Positions 28,414-45,914 of a stretch of 64,000 bases of DNA are shown piece by piece (position 1 is the first letter of the stretch; each line of letters begins with the position of its first letter). Below the pieces are notes generated by a model. The model was given only the letters and a program-made list of their open reading frames with translations, had not been told where the DNA came from and searched no databases. The DNA is from Amoebidium appalachense (taxonomy: Eukaryota; Protista; Ichthyosporea). Position numbers and translations under genes: made by a program. The DNA is taken from assembly GCA_963693365.1 (NCBI GenBank), contig CAVNZM010000001.1, forward strand, positions 17,417,840-17,481,839, given 5' to 3'.

Positions 28414-29119
28414 CCCTCTTGCCTCGTCCCCCCCCCTCCCCCCGTACCCCAACCCCATTCCTCTTCCTTTCTCCTTCCCGTCTCCCCCCTCCCCTCTCCC
28501 CCGGTTAACATGACATGCACAGTCGCAATACCTCCCCCCCTGCCCGCTCCCCCTCTTTCTATCTACCCTCCCCCTGTCTTCCATTCCTTCTTCCCCCCTA
28601 CCTTGCCCAAAACACACACACAAACACACTGCCACCAACAAGGCCACCTCCCCTGGGGCTTGCTGTGCTTTTCTACTTGCTCCCTCCCACTAAACCCAAA
28701 CCTCAGCAACCTATTTGTCCACTCTTCTCCTCATCTCACTCCTGCCAACTTCAATTCTGAGGCGCCTATAGGATTCCCCCTCCCCCCTTCCCCCCCCCCC
28801 CCCCCCCCCCCCTGCCCCTGCCCCCCCGTTCAATTGATATAGCACGTCTCTGTTGGCCAGGCAATAGACTTCTTGTAAACTTGCTGCTTGGGGTCACTGA
28901 TAGTATTCGCCTGTACCCCCCCCCCCCCCCCCCCCCCTATTGCAGGCTTCCACTGCCCCTCTCCTCCTATCCTCCATGCCCTTTTTCTTATTCCCCCCCC
29001 CCCCCCCCAAACCCCCCCTCCCTCCCTTCTTCCCCTTTCTCCAAAGCTGCCTCTGCCGTTCATGCCCTTTCTCTCTTGATCTCTGTCGATCTCCACCCCC
29101 TGTCCCCCCTCCCCCCCCC

Positions 29120-29158
<39 letters not shown>

Positions 29159-31054
29159 ACACACACACCCCACCCATCCCCCCCCCCCACACACACACAC
29201 ACACACGCACACCCCCATCCTCCCCCCCCCCCCCCCCCCCCCTCCACTCCCAGGTCAACGTGTCCATCCATCAACTTGATGCTCCACGGTGGAATATCGC
29301 TACGGATAATGATACACGAAAGCCAGTAGTACATTTGGCGTATGGTGCCCCCCCCCCCCTTCCCCCTCTCCCCGGCTTTCACGGCCCAGGCCCTCATTCC
29401 TACTTCCCGTTCACTCTTGACCAACATGTGTGTAGTGTGCACGCGTACACACACACACACGTGCACAAGCATGTGGATTGCAGTTTTACTCTCTCACCTT
29501 GACCCACTTCCTCACTTTCCCTCTACAACACTGTACAACATTCTACTTCTTGGTTATTAGTTCAGAACGCAACTCTCTACAGAGACCCAAATGCCGCCAG
29601 CACACATGCGTCCCCGATCCATTGAACACGAACACACGTTACCCTTTCCTTTTATCGGATGATTAGAGCATCAGGATTTAACGAATGGGTTATTCCTGCA
29701 GCTATCACAACTACGAGCACTACTCATCGGTACGACCAAGCGACAGTGGTGCAAGACCTAAGGCACCCCCTGTGGTTATACCAAAAAAAAAGGTGGGTGG
29801 TGTGTATGTGTGTGTATTTGTTGTGGGTGGGTGAGTGAGGATGAGGGGGATGGGGGGAGGGGGGAGGAGCCGGGGGGGGGGGGGGGGGGGGAGGGGGAGG
29901 GGGGGAGGGGGGAGTGTCCTTGTGTTACGTTGGGTGTGGGTGTGGATGTGGGTGTGCCTGTGTTGTGTTGTGTGTGGATGTGAGAACAGGTTGGCCTGTG
30001 TTGTGGGTTGGTGCTGTGTTGTGGATGTCAGTGTGGGGGTCACATTGAATGTGCTTGTGCTGTGTGTGGGTGTGGGTGTCTGATTGTTGTGTTAGAATGT
30101 CAAGTGGCACAGGTGTTCAAAATGGAATAAGAAGATGCGTAAGGAGAGGCCCCTACGTTTGGCATTTATGAGCGGTGATGGCCATTCGAATGTGTGCTTT
30201 CCTTTTTTCTTTTGCTCTTTTCTTTTCCTTTTTTGTGTGTGTGTGTGTGTGTTGTGTGTGCTGTTGTTGTTATTCATCCCTGGGAGGTTGCCGGGGGGGG
30301 GGAGGGGGGGGGGGGGGGGGGGGGGGGGGCTAGAAGATGGGAGGGAACGGGCTTCATTCTTCTCCTTCTTTCTTTGTGTTTGTATGTGTTCTGGTGGGTG
30401 GAAGGGGTGGGGGTGGAGGGGGTTTGGGGGGGGGGGGGGGGGGGGGGGGTTAAGGAGCAAGAAGATGTCTTCTTGTGCCTACATGCATGTTGATGACGTC
30501 ATTCATGCAGCCCCTCCAATCAGTTCCCTCCAAACCACCGGAGGACAGGCCGTCTGCCACAGAGCAAAGAATCATGACTGCAACTGGTACTCCCCCCTCC
30601 CCCCCCCCCCCCCTCCCCCGGCCCACCACCACCAAAAAAAGAAACAAAAAGAAAAAACGAAAAAGAAATAAAAAGCCACCAATGTGTATAGCCGTGCTCC
30701 GCACTTACACGACCTTCGATCGTTGCCCTTCTTCTCCCCTCACCCACTGTATGGTCGGCATCTTTACACATCCTTGCACACACACACCATATCTAAATTT
30801 ATGCAGCTGCCTCGTGTCCCCCCCCCCCCCCCCCCCCCCCCTTCCCCCCCCAACATACACACACACCTCTCTCTCTCTCTCCCTCCCTCCCTCCCTTCCG
30901 CCTCCTTCCCCTTTTTCTGATCCCCCTGCTGTGGTCACGAATCCCTGGGTGTGCCTGTTTGGACGGACGTGTAGGTGCAGGAGAGGATGACATAGAGAAG
31001 GCGAAAGGTGGCGGTGGAACGGATATCATGTCATGAGTCCATTTTTATATTAGC

Positions 31055-31092
<38 letters not shown>

Positions 31093-32003
31093 CGGCACCC
31101 CTACTGCCACCGCCGGCACATGGGGGTCTGCATGCATGACCATCACCACCACACCCATGCACCCTAGATCGTGCCTTAGACTGTGCTTTTCCCTCCCCCT
31201 ACTCCTCCTGATTCACACATCTTCTCCTCACCCCCCCACACCCCCCCCCCCCACACACACACACACCTCCCCCTCCCCTCACCCATCCACCCCCACCCCC
31301 ACACACTTACCTACCACAACCACAACCACCACCCCCTCTCTCCCTCTCCCTCTCCCACCAACACACCTTATTACACCCATATCCTCTTACCTTCCACCCC
31401 ACCCTTCTCTCCACGCAGGCAACCAAGATCTAGACCTCATACGGTCCATACTTGAAGACTGTGGGGGGGATGAGGAGTGTGCAGTCGACATGCTCTGCCA
31501 GATTGGCGTTGGGCCCTTGTCACAGGCACAAGGTGGGTGCCGTGCACAGAATAGAGACAACATCTCGTGTGGGTGGGTAAGGGAGGGGCCCCAGGAGGGG
31601 GGGAGCTTAGCTCGTTACCCAAAAGACCATTAATTTATTGGGTTGGAAGTGATATGCAAAAACTACACATTGTCCTAGGGATACAAGGGAGGATTTTGGC
31701 ATAAATCTATTTAGTGTACAGGCTAGCTTTGGGCGAATTATCAGCACCTAATAGTTGGCGCTGTCGGCTAATCAAGTTGCAAATCTGGTGAACTTCCTCC
31801 CCGCTTCATTTGGGGAGTTCTATCTTTGATGCCCACGTATAGTTCCCGTCCCTTCTTTCCCCCCTGGGGTACTTTTGATGACTGGGGGTCCTCCAGTGGA
31901 TGGAGTATACGTGCGATACATGCTCCGTGTGCATGCTCTGCAAAATCTGTGTTGATCTGTCGTTCGTGAATGTATGCTATGTATTCTATACCACATTCTA
32001 CCC

Positions 32004-32034
<31 letters not shown>

Positions 32035-32152
32035 ACCCCACCACACACACACACCACTCCCACGCCCACCACCAGCACCACCATATCACCAACATGATCA
32101 TTACCGCTGTTACCAACACACACAACATGCAAGCACAAGTGTGTGTGCGTGT

Positions 32153-32242
<90 letters not shown>

Positions 32243-32600
32243 CGCAACGCAACCACGCAACAACAACCGCTGCACCCACTAACACATACCTCTCCCAACA
32301 GACATCACATCAACAACCACCAACCCTCCTTCATCCCCAACAACACAAGCAGGCGCACCTACCAACAATTCCGAAATCACGACCAAAAATGATGAGACAA
32401 CTCAACCACCTGCGGACGTTGAAAAGACAAAGGGCAAACAGACTGGTGCCAAGGCGGCAAAAGCAGCAAATGTGTCAAACAGAAAAAGAAAGGAGTTGGC
32501 AAAGCAAGAGAAGAAGAGGGCAAAGGCTATCAGCCAATCAAATCAACCGGATGATGATGAGGAGGGGGTGGCTCAGCAACTCTCGGGTGTGTTCATTTGA
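23631..32600 (+). CDS. OTUD3: OTU-domain deubiquitinase, OTUD3-like (348 aa, 11 exons)
   Basis: Exons 23631-23676, 25090-25118, 25800-25900, 26560-26582, 27340-27433, 28274-28361, 29254-29339, 29702-29792, 30511-30586, 31419-31532, 32302-32600; phases consistent. OTU motifs [58 protein letters not shown]-like segment [23 protein letters not shown]; basic C-terminal coil. Confidence 0.9.
25455..25785. repeat. Degenerate minisatellite (tttccatacatgc-like units) in OTUD3 intron 2
   Basis: Repeated ttt(t/c)ca(t/c)aca(t/a)tgc motifs at roughly 28-30-nt spacing. Confidence 0.55.
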
Positions 32601-33684
32601 TGTGAATTCCCAAGCTCCCCCCCTCCCCCCCCCCCCCCCCCCCATTTGCCTCCCCCTCCCCCCCCCCCCCCCCCCCGGGCTCCGCTCCGCTCTCCCTCCA
32701 TCCCTGTCACCCTCCTTCTACGGGTGTCCGTGACACGCAGACACATGCATTTAACAAGAATGCATTAGAGCAAGTGCAGATAGAGATAATTAGGAATGCA
32801 CAAACCTACATTACGGTCACCTAGAGGAGATGTATTCCATTTACGAGGGCATCTCATTGTCATCCGTGCAGGGGCACACACATGTGCGAGCGCGGGCGCG
32901 CGCACACACACAAACATGCACATATACTCACACACAAACATTTGCACACATACACACACGGCACACCCACCCACACCCCCGCGCACACGATCACATTCAT
33001 ATACATTGACAGCACACACACATGGCATGTGTAGTGACGTAGACAGATACCCCGAATGCTGGCTGCACGTGCAATAGGTATGTTTGGCTATGCACACACA
33101 TCTGCACACAGTCAGTGCTACTCCTACATAAATGCCTCTGTTAAATTGGCCAAACTGATGATGGTGGTTCGAATGAATGACTTCAACTATCCCCGCACTA
33201 AGTATGTAGCGCAAAGAAAGACCCCCTGGTATCTGGGGGAAAATGCATTCAATTTGGAAATTTCAAAGGGCATTGAGCCCAAGCAGATTAGCAGAGCCAC
33301 GATTACCTGGGCTCCTTTATGACTTATGTAGGAGCTAAAATACCCATGACTGCAATCCAATAAATAAGACCACTGCCACTGGCCTTGTGTTCACGATATC
33401 TCTGAGCCGGTGTATATTGGTCATGTCGATCTACCTGCATCGTACTATGACATAATGGCACTTGATTGAGGTCGGCCGTTGTGTTTTTGCGCGCACAGCA
33501 TACTCGTAAATGTATAGATTCGTGCCACTGAGTGTGTCTGTGTGGTTTGTTTCGCGGTGGCCATATGGTATCTGGTGCTGCCGGTGGTGGTGGCTAATTG
33601 CTATGTGGAGGGAAGGGGGGGGGGGGGGGGGAGGGAGGGTGGGGGGGGGGGGGGGGGGGGGGGAATGGTGGGTGGCCCTCTTTT

Positions 33685-33715
<31 letters not shown>

Positions 33716-33898
33716 GGGGGGTTTGGTTGGTTGGTTGGTTGGTTGGGGTGGGGTGGAAGGGGGAGGGGAGGGGGGAGGGGGGGGGGGGTTGGATCAGGTT
33801 TCTTTCCTGGCTTTGTGTTCGTGACTTTCGAATTCCAACTACGTCTACGTTACCTCCCGGGACCCTTCACTAGCAATCCTAACCCTCCATTCAGTTAC

Positions 33899-33949
<51 letters not shown>

Positions 33950-34043
33950 TCCTCCTCCTCCTCCTCCCCCCCAAAATTTTGGCCTCCTACCCACTCCCTG
34001 CTTCGACCTACACAACCGACATGTCGACAGCCCCCCCTCCCCC

Positions 34044-34080
<37 letters not shown>

Positions 34081-34099
34081 ACATGTGCACACACACACA

Positions 34100-34138
<39 letters not shown>

Positions 34139-34188
34139 ACTCTCTCTCGCTCTCCCCCTCTCCCCCCCCCCCCCCCCCCCTCTCTCCT

Positions 34189-34240
<52 letters not shown>

Positions 34241-34250
34241 CCCCCCCCCC

Positions 34251-34292
<42 letters not shown>

Positions 34293-34814
34293 CCCCCCTT
34301 CCCCCCTCAGCTGTCGCCCCCGCCTTTCAACGTGTTTCGTTCCCTCCCTTCCAGTCTCCTTCTCTTTTCTAGATCATACCCCCCCCCCCCCCCCCCCCCC
34401 CCCCTGCCCCCATCTATTTTTTTTTTGTTATAAGCTGCAGTCCTGCCAAGGGTAAGAGCTATTTGTTATTGTGCAAAGATCAATAAAATGAATCATTATA
34501 AAGATTCAGACCCCGGAAATTGTTGTTTTCCTCTGCCCAGAATCTCTTTTTTGCCTTCGTCAGCGTAGGTTCCCCCCCACCACCACCCCCCCACAAACCC
34601 CCCTCGCCCCTCCCCCCCAACACCCCCTTCCCCGCCCCCAGTGCCTTCCTCCCCCCGTTGTCCTTTTTTGGGGATGCTGGGCCCTCTCGGATTTGGGGTT
34701 GTGCTTGTGCATGTCCAGCTACCCCCTCCCCCTCCCCCCTCTTCCCCACCCACCCACATGCACAGTTGTCATGCCCGCACGCGGCAATGCCAGTGGCACG
34801 CATGCGCGCTCCAT

Positions 34815-34861
<47 letters not shown>

Positions 34862-35248
34862 CACACACACAGAAGTCTCTCTGCAGATGCAGTTGGAACT
34901 AGGCATCGAGACAAGTACACACTGCACATCCTTGCAGTCAACAGTCCGGTTCATAGTCCCAAAAAATACATGAAGCAATTTCTTTGGATATGAAGAACAG
35001 TTTGTGAGGGAGTGAGGGAGAAGAGGAGAGAGAGAGGGAGGGGGGGGGGGGGGGGGAGAGGGAGGAAGGAAGGGGGATGAAACTGTGTGCAGTCTGTAGG
35101 GCCCGGCACCGCGTGTGAAGAACTCTAAGAACCTTGGCCTCTCGTTTCTGATTGTGGCTGTGGCGGATGCACGAGGGTTTTCCTTTTCCTTTTTTTTCCT
35201 TTTTTTTCGGAGGGGAGGAGGGGGGGGGGGGGGGGGGGGGGGGGAGGG

Positions 35249-35285
<37 letters not shown>

Positions 35286-36003
35286 AGGAGTGACTGGTGG
35301 GTGCACGCGATTGCATGGGGTCTGGCACGCGAGACTCTCGGAGCTTAGCTTTTAGAATCTCTGTATCGATTGAAGTTCGTAATTTGCATGCCTTTTTCCT
35401 TTTTCCTTTCTTTGTTTAATTTGGGAGGAGGGGGGAGCTCGATCGAGAAGGAAGGAGGGCGGAGCTCGATTGAGGAGGAAGGGGGGCGTAGGGAAGGGTG
35501 GCGGGGGTGGCATGTTACTGCGTGATAGGGACAATGGTGTTTCAGTTGTTTATCAGCTACTGTAACATACTTTGTAACATTCTCTTTCACGGTGTTTTCA
35601 ATGATATCATACAGTGTATAAATAATGTCGTGCGTTGACTCGTTTTGACCTGTGAAGACACACTGACCAGCAGATGCCCTCACTCTGAGTCACACACATC
35701 ATGGCCGGACTCATTGTTATGCATTTTTATGGCAGAAAGAAAACCTCTAAGGGTGGCAGCACAATTATCTCTTTAATGTTATTCACCGAGTTCGTTAGTA
35801 AATATACAGCACATGCATATGGAAACGCGGCACATGTACCGTAATATCGGAAACATGCACATGTACATGCATATGGAAACATGCATGGCCATCAAGTTGA
35901 CCTTGTCAGATTGCACGCCAACATGTCGACATGGTATTGAATCGGCGAGTAGTTGTAATATGTTCTATGGTGCACACTGCGAGACACATAACCTCACACG
36001 TGA

Positions 36004-37090
36004 CTAATCATTAATATTGGTGGCTGGACTTGATGCGCCCACGGCCACATAGCCGGTAGCAGCCTCGGCCTCGCGGATCTGATCGATGGGGACACCCATG
36101 AAGCACTCCTTCTCCTTGCCCTTGCAGGCACCCTCAATCGTGCCATCTGCAAGGAGGTTCTCCAGCAGAGCAACACTGGTGTTGAAGTAGTGCGCCTGGT
36201 CACGCACAATGCCGGCCGCAAGCATGCAGGTGCCGTGCTTCTCCCATTCGTGGCGCCAGAAGTAGTCCTGCCCGCAACCTTCAGACATGCAGGTCGGCCA
36301 GAACTGCAGGAACAGATGGGTATGCTTATCAATATTCATGTGTTCGATTTCAACTCTTGGTTACGATTAGCTAGTCAAAGTCATGTGCGAAACATATATT
36401 AGTTCCACATGCAGCGTATGCTAGTCACTACTGATATCACGTATACATTGAAATCAGCACGTGCACGAGCTACTTTGGGAGGGTCGCTTATCCAAAAAAA
36501 AAAAAAAAAAAAAAAGGTACCAAGCCCTTTCCGAAGCCTCTACAGTTATCAACAATGTTCATATGTATGCATGAAGCTGATAATTGAAGGTACTCCCAAA
36601 CCTTACAGCCGGGCAGCCTGCAGCAGCTGATCATGACTCCGAAGCGTGCAGAGTGCAAGCACATGCGCATGCATTTCTGAGTGGGACAGCTATAGTGAAG
36701 TCAAGTTACCTTCAAAAGCCGGTCATACAAAGGAGCAAGTGCCTCGGGCCTGTATGTGTCTACATCGCCGTTCATGTCCGGCTCAGCGCACAGGCAAGGG
36801 TAGCCGCCGATTGCGTAGTTGGGCCACAGACCGTGGATGGTCCACTCAGACGTGGGTGTGCACTTGGACAGGGCAAACGTGTAGGTCAGTTCGCTGATGG
36901 GGCCCACACAGGCAGTATAGCATTTGGCAAAGTCTTTGGACTCACAAGCCATGGCCGTAGGGCAGCTGGTGGCGTTCACACCAATGGGCGGCATCAGGGT
37001 GGAAGCTGGCGTACTGGTGGGCAAAGAGAGGGCCGAGGGCAGAAGGGAAATGGCCCCACCAAGGCAGGCGAATGCAAGGGGGATAGGCAT
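36004..37090 (-). CDS. Secreted ribonuclease T2 family protein, paralogue 2 (226 aa, 2 exons)
   Basis: Exons 37090-36710 and 36303-36004, same intron position as paralogue 1. WTIHGLWP and FWRHEWEKHGTC motifs; signal-peptide-like start. Confidence 0.92.
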
Positions 37091-37251
37091 TTTTCTGTAA
37101 AGTATTTGAGGCGGAACGCTTTGAAATTTGCGTTTTATTTTTTGATTAAATTGTAAAGTTAGGTTGCTAAATAATCACCACAGGGCACTAAAGGAAGCAG
37201 ATCGCGAAGGCGTGCGGGCAAATTGTGAAGTTGGTCGTTGTGTTGTCTTCA

Positions 37252-37340
37252 AATATATACACTGCAACAGGTATGCAGGTAAGCGCAGAGTTGCATTTGA
37301 TTGGCTTTATAGTTATCCAACACAACTAATATGATTGGAC
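37252..37340 (-). promoter_or_regulatory. Putative promoter of RNase T2 paralogue 2
   Basis: tatatac...tttgattggctt...gattgga on the + strand, in the same order and with similar spacing as 21181-21257. Confidence 0.5.
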
Positions 37341-38934
37341 AAGATTGTTAGAAGTCATCTGATTGGAAGACTGAATGCTGAATCACCCAAGACCTAAACT
37401 CCGTAAGTAGTTTTTTTTTTTCTTTTCTTTTTTTCTTTTGACTCGGGTTTATTGATCCGTTGATGAAGGCAACGTGCAGCCACAGGCTACATAACCACCA
37501 ACAACTGAAAAAGCCAAAGCTACGAAATAAAAATAAAGCGACAAGTGACAAAGGACACCAGCGGGCAAAACCTTAAGTGTACGTGTATGCGTGAAACTAG
37601 TTTGCTCCAACTAGTCATATGCATCGATGTTGACCAGACCACACTCCGCAAGAAGACATCATTGCTGCTCCTTCCCAACAGGCCCCCCTCAAAACCTACC
37701 GATGCACAGCAAGCAAGTCAGCCTCTAAAAGAGCAATGCAGACCAAATCTGAGCTAAAAAACAATCCCAACGGGCCCGGCCCCTAGATAACCCGGTGAAA
37801 CTGCATCTAGCTCTCTGATCATGATAAGGTGGCCTAGTTGTGGCAGGACACACAGAAAAACACAATTACAGAATGCATGCACGCAAACCCGGTCATTGCC
37901 ATACGACTGGAGGCTAAAGACTGGCAGTCACTTGGAAAACTCCCCGACGACCAAGTAGCCGCCCCTCCACGCACGCAGCGCAGAAGTAGCTGAAGAAGTT
38001 GCAGCAGCCCACCGTCAATAGATCGCGTAGAAGCGTAGACAGCGTGTAGAAGTTACCATAGGTTGCAGTGGACCACCAGGCGTTGAAGAAACCACTTCTC
38101 AAGCAAGAAACTCCGCGAAAGGGAGATGCCCCCACACTCTTACAGCAGTAGGAATACACCAGGCCACACCACACACACGCTGCAGTCACGTTCCCCTGAG
38201 TGGGACTCCCTCCCACCACAAAAAGAAGAAACGAAAGCCTTTATATACCTGCCATGGTGAAGATTCGGGGAAAAAAAGTTGACGTGACAGCTAAGAGATC
38301 GAAGTGAAAGTGAAGTCCCCTAAGTAGTTTCCGTAGTATCCAGCTATGACGCACAAATTCGCGAGCTTCCGACGGAGATCTCTAGAGATCGCAGGGAGGC
38401 ATCACTCCAAGTGACTGCAGTATAATTATCCTGTTTTTTTTTGTTTTTTTTGCGTTTGAGGAGCTTCAGCGTAATATAAAGTCACTGTCAGAACGCACGG
38501 TCGGATCACGACTAATTTACGACAGTACGCTGTACGACTTTCAAGTCAGAACAGCAATTCCCGTGTTCCCGAACTTCCCCCCCCCCTTCATGGTTTAGGG
38601 GGATCAAAGCCGAGTCCCGGGCCTGGGTAGCCTTGCGGACTGACGCCGAGGTCACGGCGGGCCGGCCCTGCCGGGACTCCTTCACTGTTCAAGGTGTACC
38701 TACACAAGGTGCAGAGAGAGAGGAGAAGGGGGGGGGAGGGGGTTGGAAGGGGGGGGGGGGAGGGGGGGAGGGGGGGGGGGGGCTTATTGTATGATCATGA
38801 ACTAGTGTTGTTTTTCGCGTTTCACAAGTCACTTGCGTTAGAACCTCGTACATAGTGTACGTGCGGCACACGCAAATCATGACATTCGCGTGCAACACAC
38901 CACGTGCATGCGTGCTGCAGCTGCGCAGGCAGGG

Positions 38935-38987
<53 letters not shown>

Positions 38988-39801
38988 TGCACACACAAAC
39001 AAAGTGTCGCACACACACATACACACAAACATGCACACACACGCACACACACACACACGCACGCACGCACACATGTACACACGCACACACGCACACACGC
39101 ACAACACACGCACACACACGCCACACGCACGCACACACAAAGACACCACGCACGCACACACAGCATGCACCCCCCACACACACACAGGCACACACGTACA
39201 CGCACGTGCACACACACAGCTGACACAGACACACCACATACGCACACCTACAGATCTATACAGACACAAACGCACGCACGCACACATGTACACACACGAA
39301 AACACACACAAACACACACACATAAACGTGTACACACACACACACTCACACACACTCACACACACTCACACATACTCACACAAACACAAGCACACGCACG
39401 CACACACATGCACGCTTGCTCACACACACACACACACACATCATGCACTCACGTACGCACACACACACACGTGTCACACACATACACAATGCGCGCGCTT
39501 GTTGCGAGCAGAATTGCTCTGGAAATTTTAAATACCGAGTCCTACTACAATAGTAAATATCCTGCTAAAAAGATCGGAAGAACCATGCAGGAACTTGAAT
39601 ATAATAGATGCAGAGTTAAGGCCCTTAATCTTTTGGAAAGAAACAGTGCTGGGTGAAACTCACTGTGACAAAACTGGTTTTTCGCAGAATCCCTTACTCA
39701 AAAGGCCGGAATATTCTGTGCTGAACAGAATAATATGGCTGATGTGGATTGAGTCCTCTATAGATATCCACCACGGCGGTGATGGTGGTGGTGATGGTGT
39801 G

Positions 39802-39834
<33 letters not shown>

Positions 39835-40285
39835 GTGTTTGTGTGCATGTATTGCTGGTGGTTTGTTTTCACGGAAGTGTGCTACGGTTTCTGTGTTTGT
39901 GTGCTGTACCTACATCCCCCTTGCCGCCACCACTGGTTGCCTTCGGCCTGTTAATGTATTTATTCATTTTTTTATTTTTATTTAGCTCACTATCAAAGCG
40001 TCACAAATTTAGACTTGAGAGTTTTTTTGTATTTAGAACCCGACGGCCTCAATTGAAGAATCCATGGGACAAAACAACCGTATGGCAATCGAGGGATCCC
40101 TAGGATTCAGATACAAAAAAAGGTCCAGATTTGGTAGAGTCCGAAGTATTTCGGTTTTTTCATCAGACAGTGTAAGTCTACTTAACGCATGACAACCACA
40201 TCCGTAAATCACCGTTTGAATCCCTCATTCTTTTGTATATACACATGCTCATTCCACTTGCGAGAGATATAAAGGTACTCCAACC

Positions 40286-43953
<3,668 letters not shown>

Positions 43954-44289
43954 TATCTTGTTACTCTGTACAACCAATCTGCCAGAAAAGTGGTCAACGA
44001 AGAGTTGTGTTTCGCTTTTAAACCTCTCGTTCTAGGCTCTGCGACTTGGCAGTTGGCATGCGTGATGATTCACAAATCAGATTGCACTGATGGGTGCTGA
44101 GTGCCCGGGCATTGCTTAGAAAAGTCTAAGAAAACCGACATTCCTTTATTTCCCTAAACCACGGCTGTTGACTATCGAATATAATTTATTAATACGCAAA
44201 ATAATATAAACCAGTGCTAATGATAACAAGCTTAGCTCAATCAGCATTTTTAGGATGAACCCGCGTAACGTGCAAAAAGCTACCAAGTC

Positions 44290-44435
44290 CAAACGGCCAA
44301 TCAAGCGTATTCCCAAAAATTTATATCTTTCCGCATGGCATACCAGTTCCCGCTTAGCCAATACGGCGTGATATGTACCTGCGAACCAATCACACCGAGC
44401 ATTACTCATGACGTATCTACGTTCCTATTGGCTGC
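44290..44435. promoter_or_regulatory. CCAAT-box cluster in the divergent thiolase/TTLL12 intergenic region
   Basis: ggccaatc, agccaata, aaccaatc and attggc within ~140 bp of microsatellite-free sequence. Confidence 0.45.
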
Positions 44436-45584
44436 ACCGTTCCGAAAATGTCAACAAACAATCTCCCGAGCTCGTTAGCCCCCCCGGCCCCGGGTCGACC
44501 CCTCCCGGCAAGGCTGCAGGCACCCGCCACCCGGCCGCCCACGAGTGCGCCACGAGTGACGACCCAAAAACTAGAGCATTCAAGTCCGACAGAGTTTGGC
44601 CCACCGTCTGCTGACTATCGCTAATAGGAGTTTGTCGTGCTGTCTTCGATGCAGCCGGTGAAAAGAGGGTAGGCCTTGTTTAATTTGAAATTACTTACTG
44701 TCCAGATTTTTAAATTATATAATTAATAAATACATGATAATGATTGTAAATTAAGAATATAGAATCTATGCTAAAACTTCAAACAGAGCCCCTACTAACA
44801 GAAAAATTTCCATTGCATATAGTGTTTTACCTTTATGTCAACTGGATATCTGACCAGTCAATTACTTTCATATAAGACGAATAAAAGGCCTGCTTTCGAA
44901 ATTTGACCCCCAATGTTCAGCTATGGTAATTTGTTCTCCCTTATGATTGGCCGAACCTGCCGCCAGGTTCACGACTGGCCCGGCGGTGCGGTGCAGAGTC
45001 GCAAGCCGTCTGACTCACATTTAGTGTGCACAGACTGCTGTAGATCACTAATATTACATTCACCGGACCACCAGGCGAACAGGGAGGACTAAATAGTGGG
45101 CTGGTGCTGCCACCGTGTACAGTGCTACTCGGAGCAAGTAAGCACCTGGAAAAGGACGGGTATAGGGAACGAGTGGTGCACACGTGGTGGTTGTGTACTC
45201 GTGCCCGCATGTTTGTCATGTACACCCGTGAGCCGTGGTGTGTTATTGCGTGCACGTGTAGGTTGGTGTGTGCACATCCGATGTGTGGGAATGCCTGTGA
45301 GGGTATGAACGAAGGAAACTATGGCTGCCGGTGCAACAGAGAGTAGAGCGGCCTGGGTGGTAGGATGGGTAGCTGGGTGGGTGGGAAGTGGTATTGTGGT
45401 AGTGATGTGATCGTAAAGGGAAATGTTCAGATTTGGCCTCCCCGTCCTCGCTCACTGACTTCCACCTCCTTTGCTCCCTGCATTTTTTATGATGGGCTCT
45501 ACAGCCGTCTCCCTGTGACCCCATCACCGTTGCCCCCCCTCCCCCCTCCCCCCTCCCCCCCCCCCTCCTCCCCCCCCCCCTCCC

Positions 45585-45621
<37 letters not shown>

Positions 45622-45719
45622 CCCTCTCCACCTACCCCTACCCCTCATGCACACACCCCACACACCAATCCAAACAGCACATACGCGCAGGCGCCCCCAA
45701 ACACACACACACACACACA

Positions 45720-45786
<67 letters not shown>

Positions 45787-45872
45787 TCTCCCCCCCCCCC
45801 CCCTCCCCCCTCTCCCCTCCCCCCCCCCCCCCTTCTCCCCTCTCCCTCCCTCCCCTCTCCCCCCCTCCCTCG

Positions 45873-45914
<42 letters not shown>

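Noticed and set aside
29760-29795. Apparent GC donor in OTUD3 exon 8 (AAG|GCACCC)
   Set aside because: The frame stays open to a canonical AAG|GTGGGT donor at 29793.
33610-34410. Exact lengths of poly-G/poly-C runs and G-quadruplex clusters as functional signals
   Set aside because: Homopolymer lengths are unreliable in assemblies and such runs are ubiquitous here. Only their position relative to splice sites was kept as a finding.
32950-35650. Short exon-like pieces between OTUD3 and RNase T2-2
   Set aside because: No consistent frame or recognisable protein on either strand.
37930-38210. RNase MRP-like motif ggaaaactcccc on the + strand
   Set aside because: No matching downstream GGGGCT P4 partner in the expected context.
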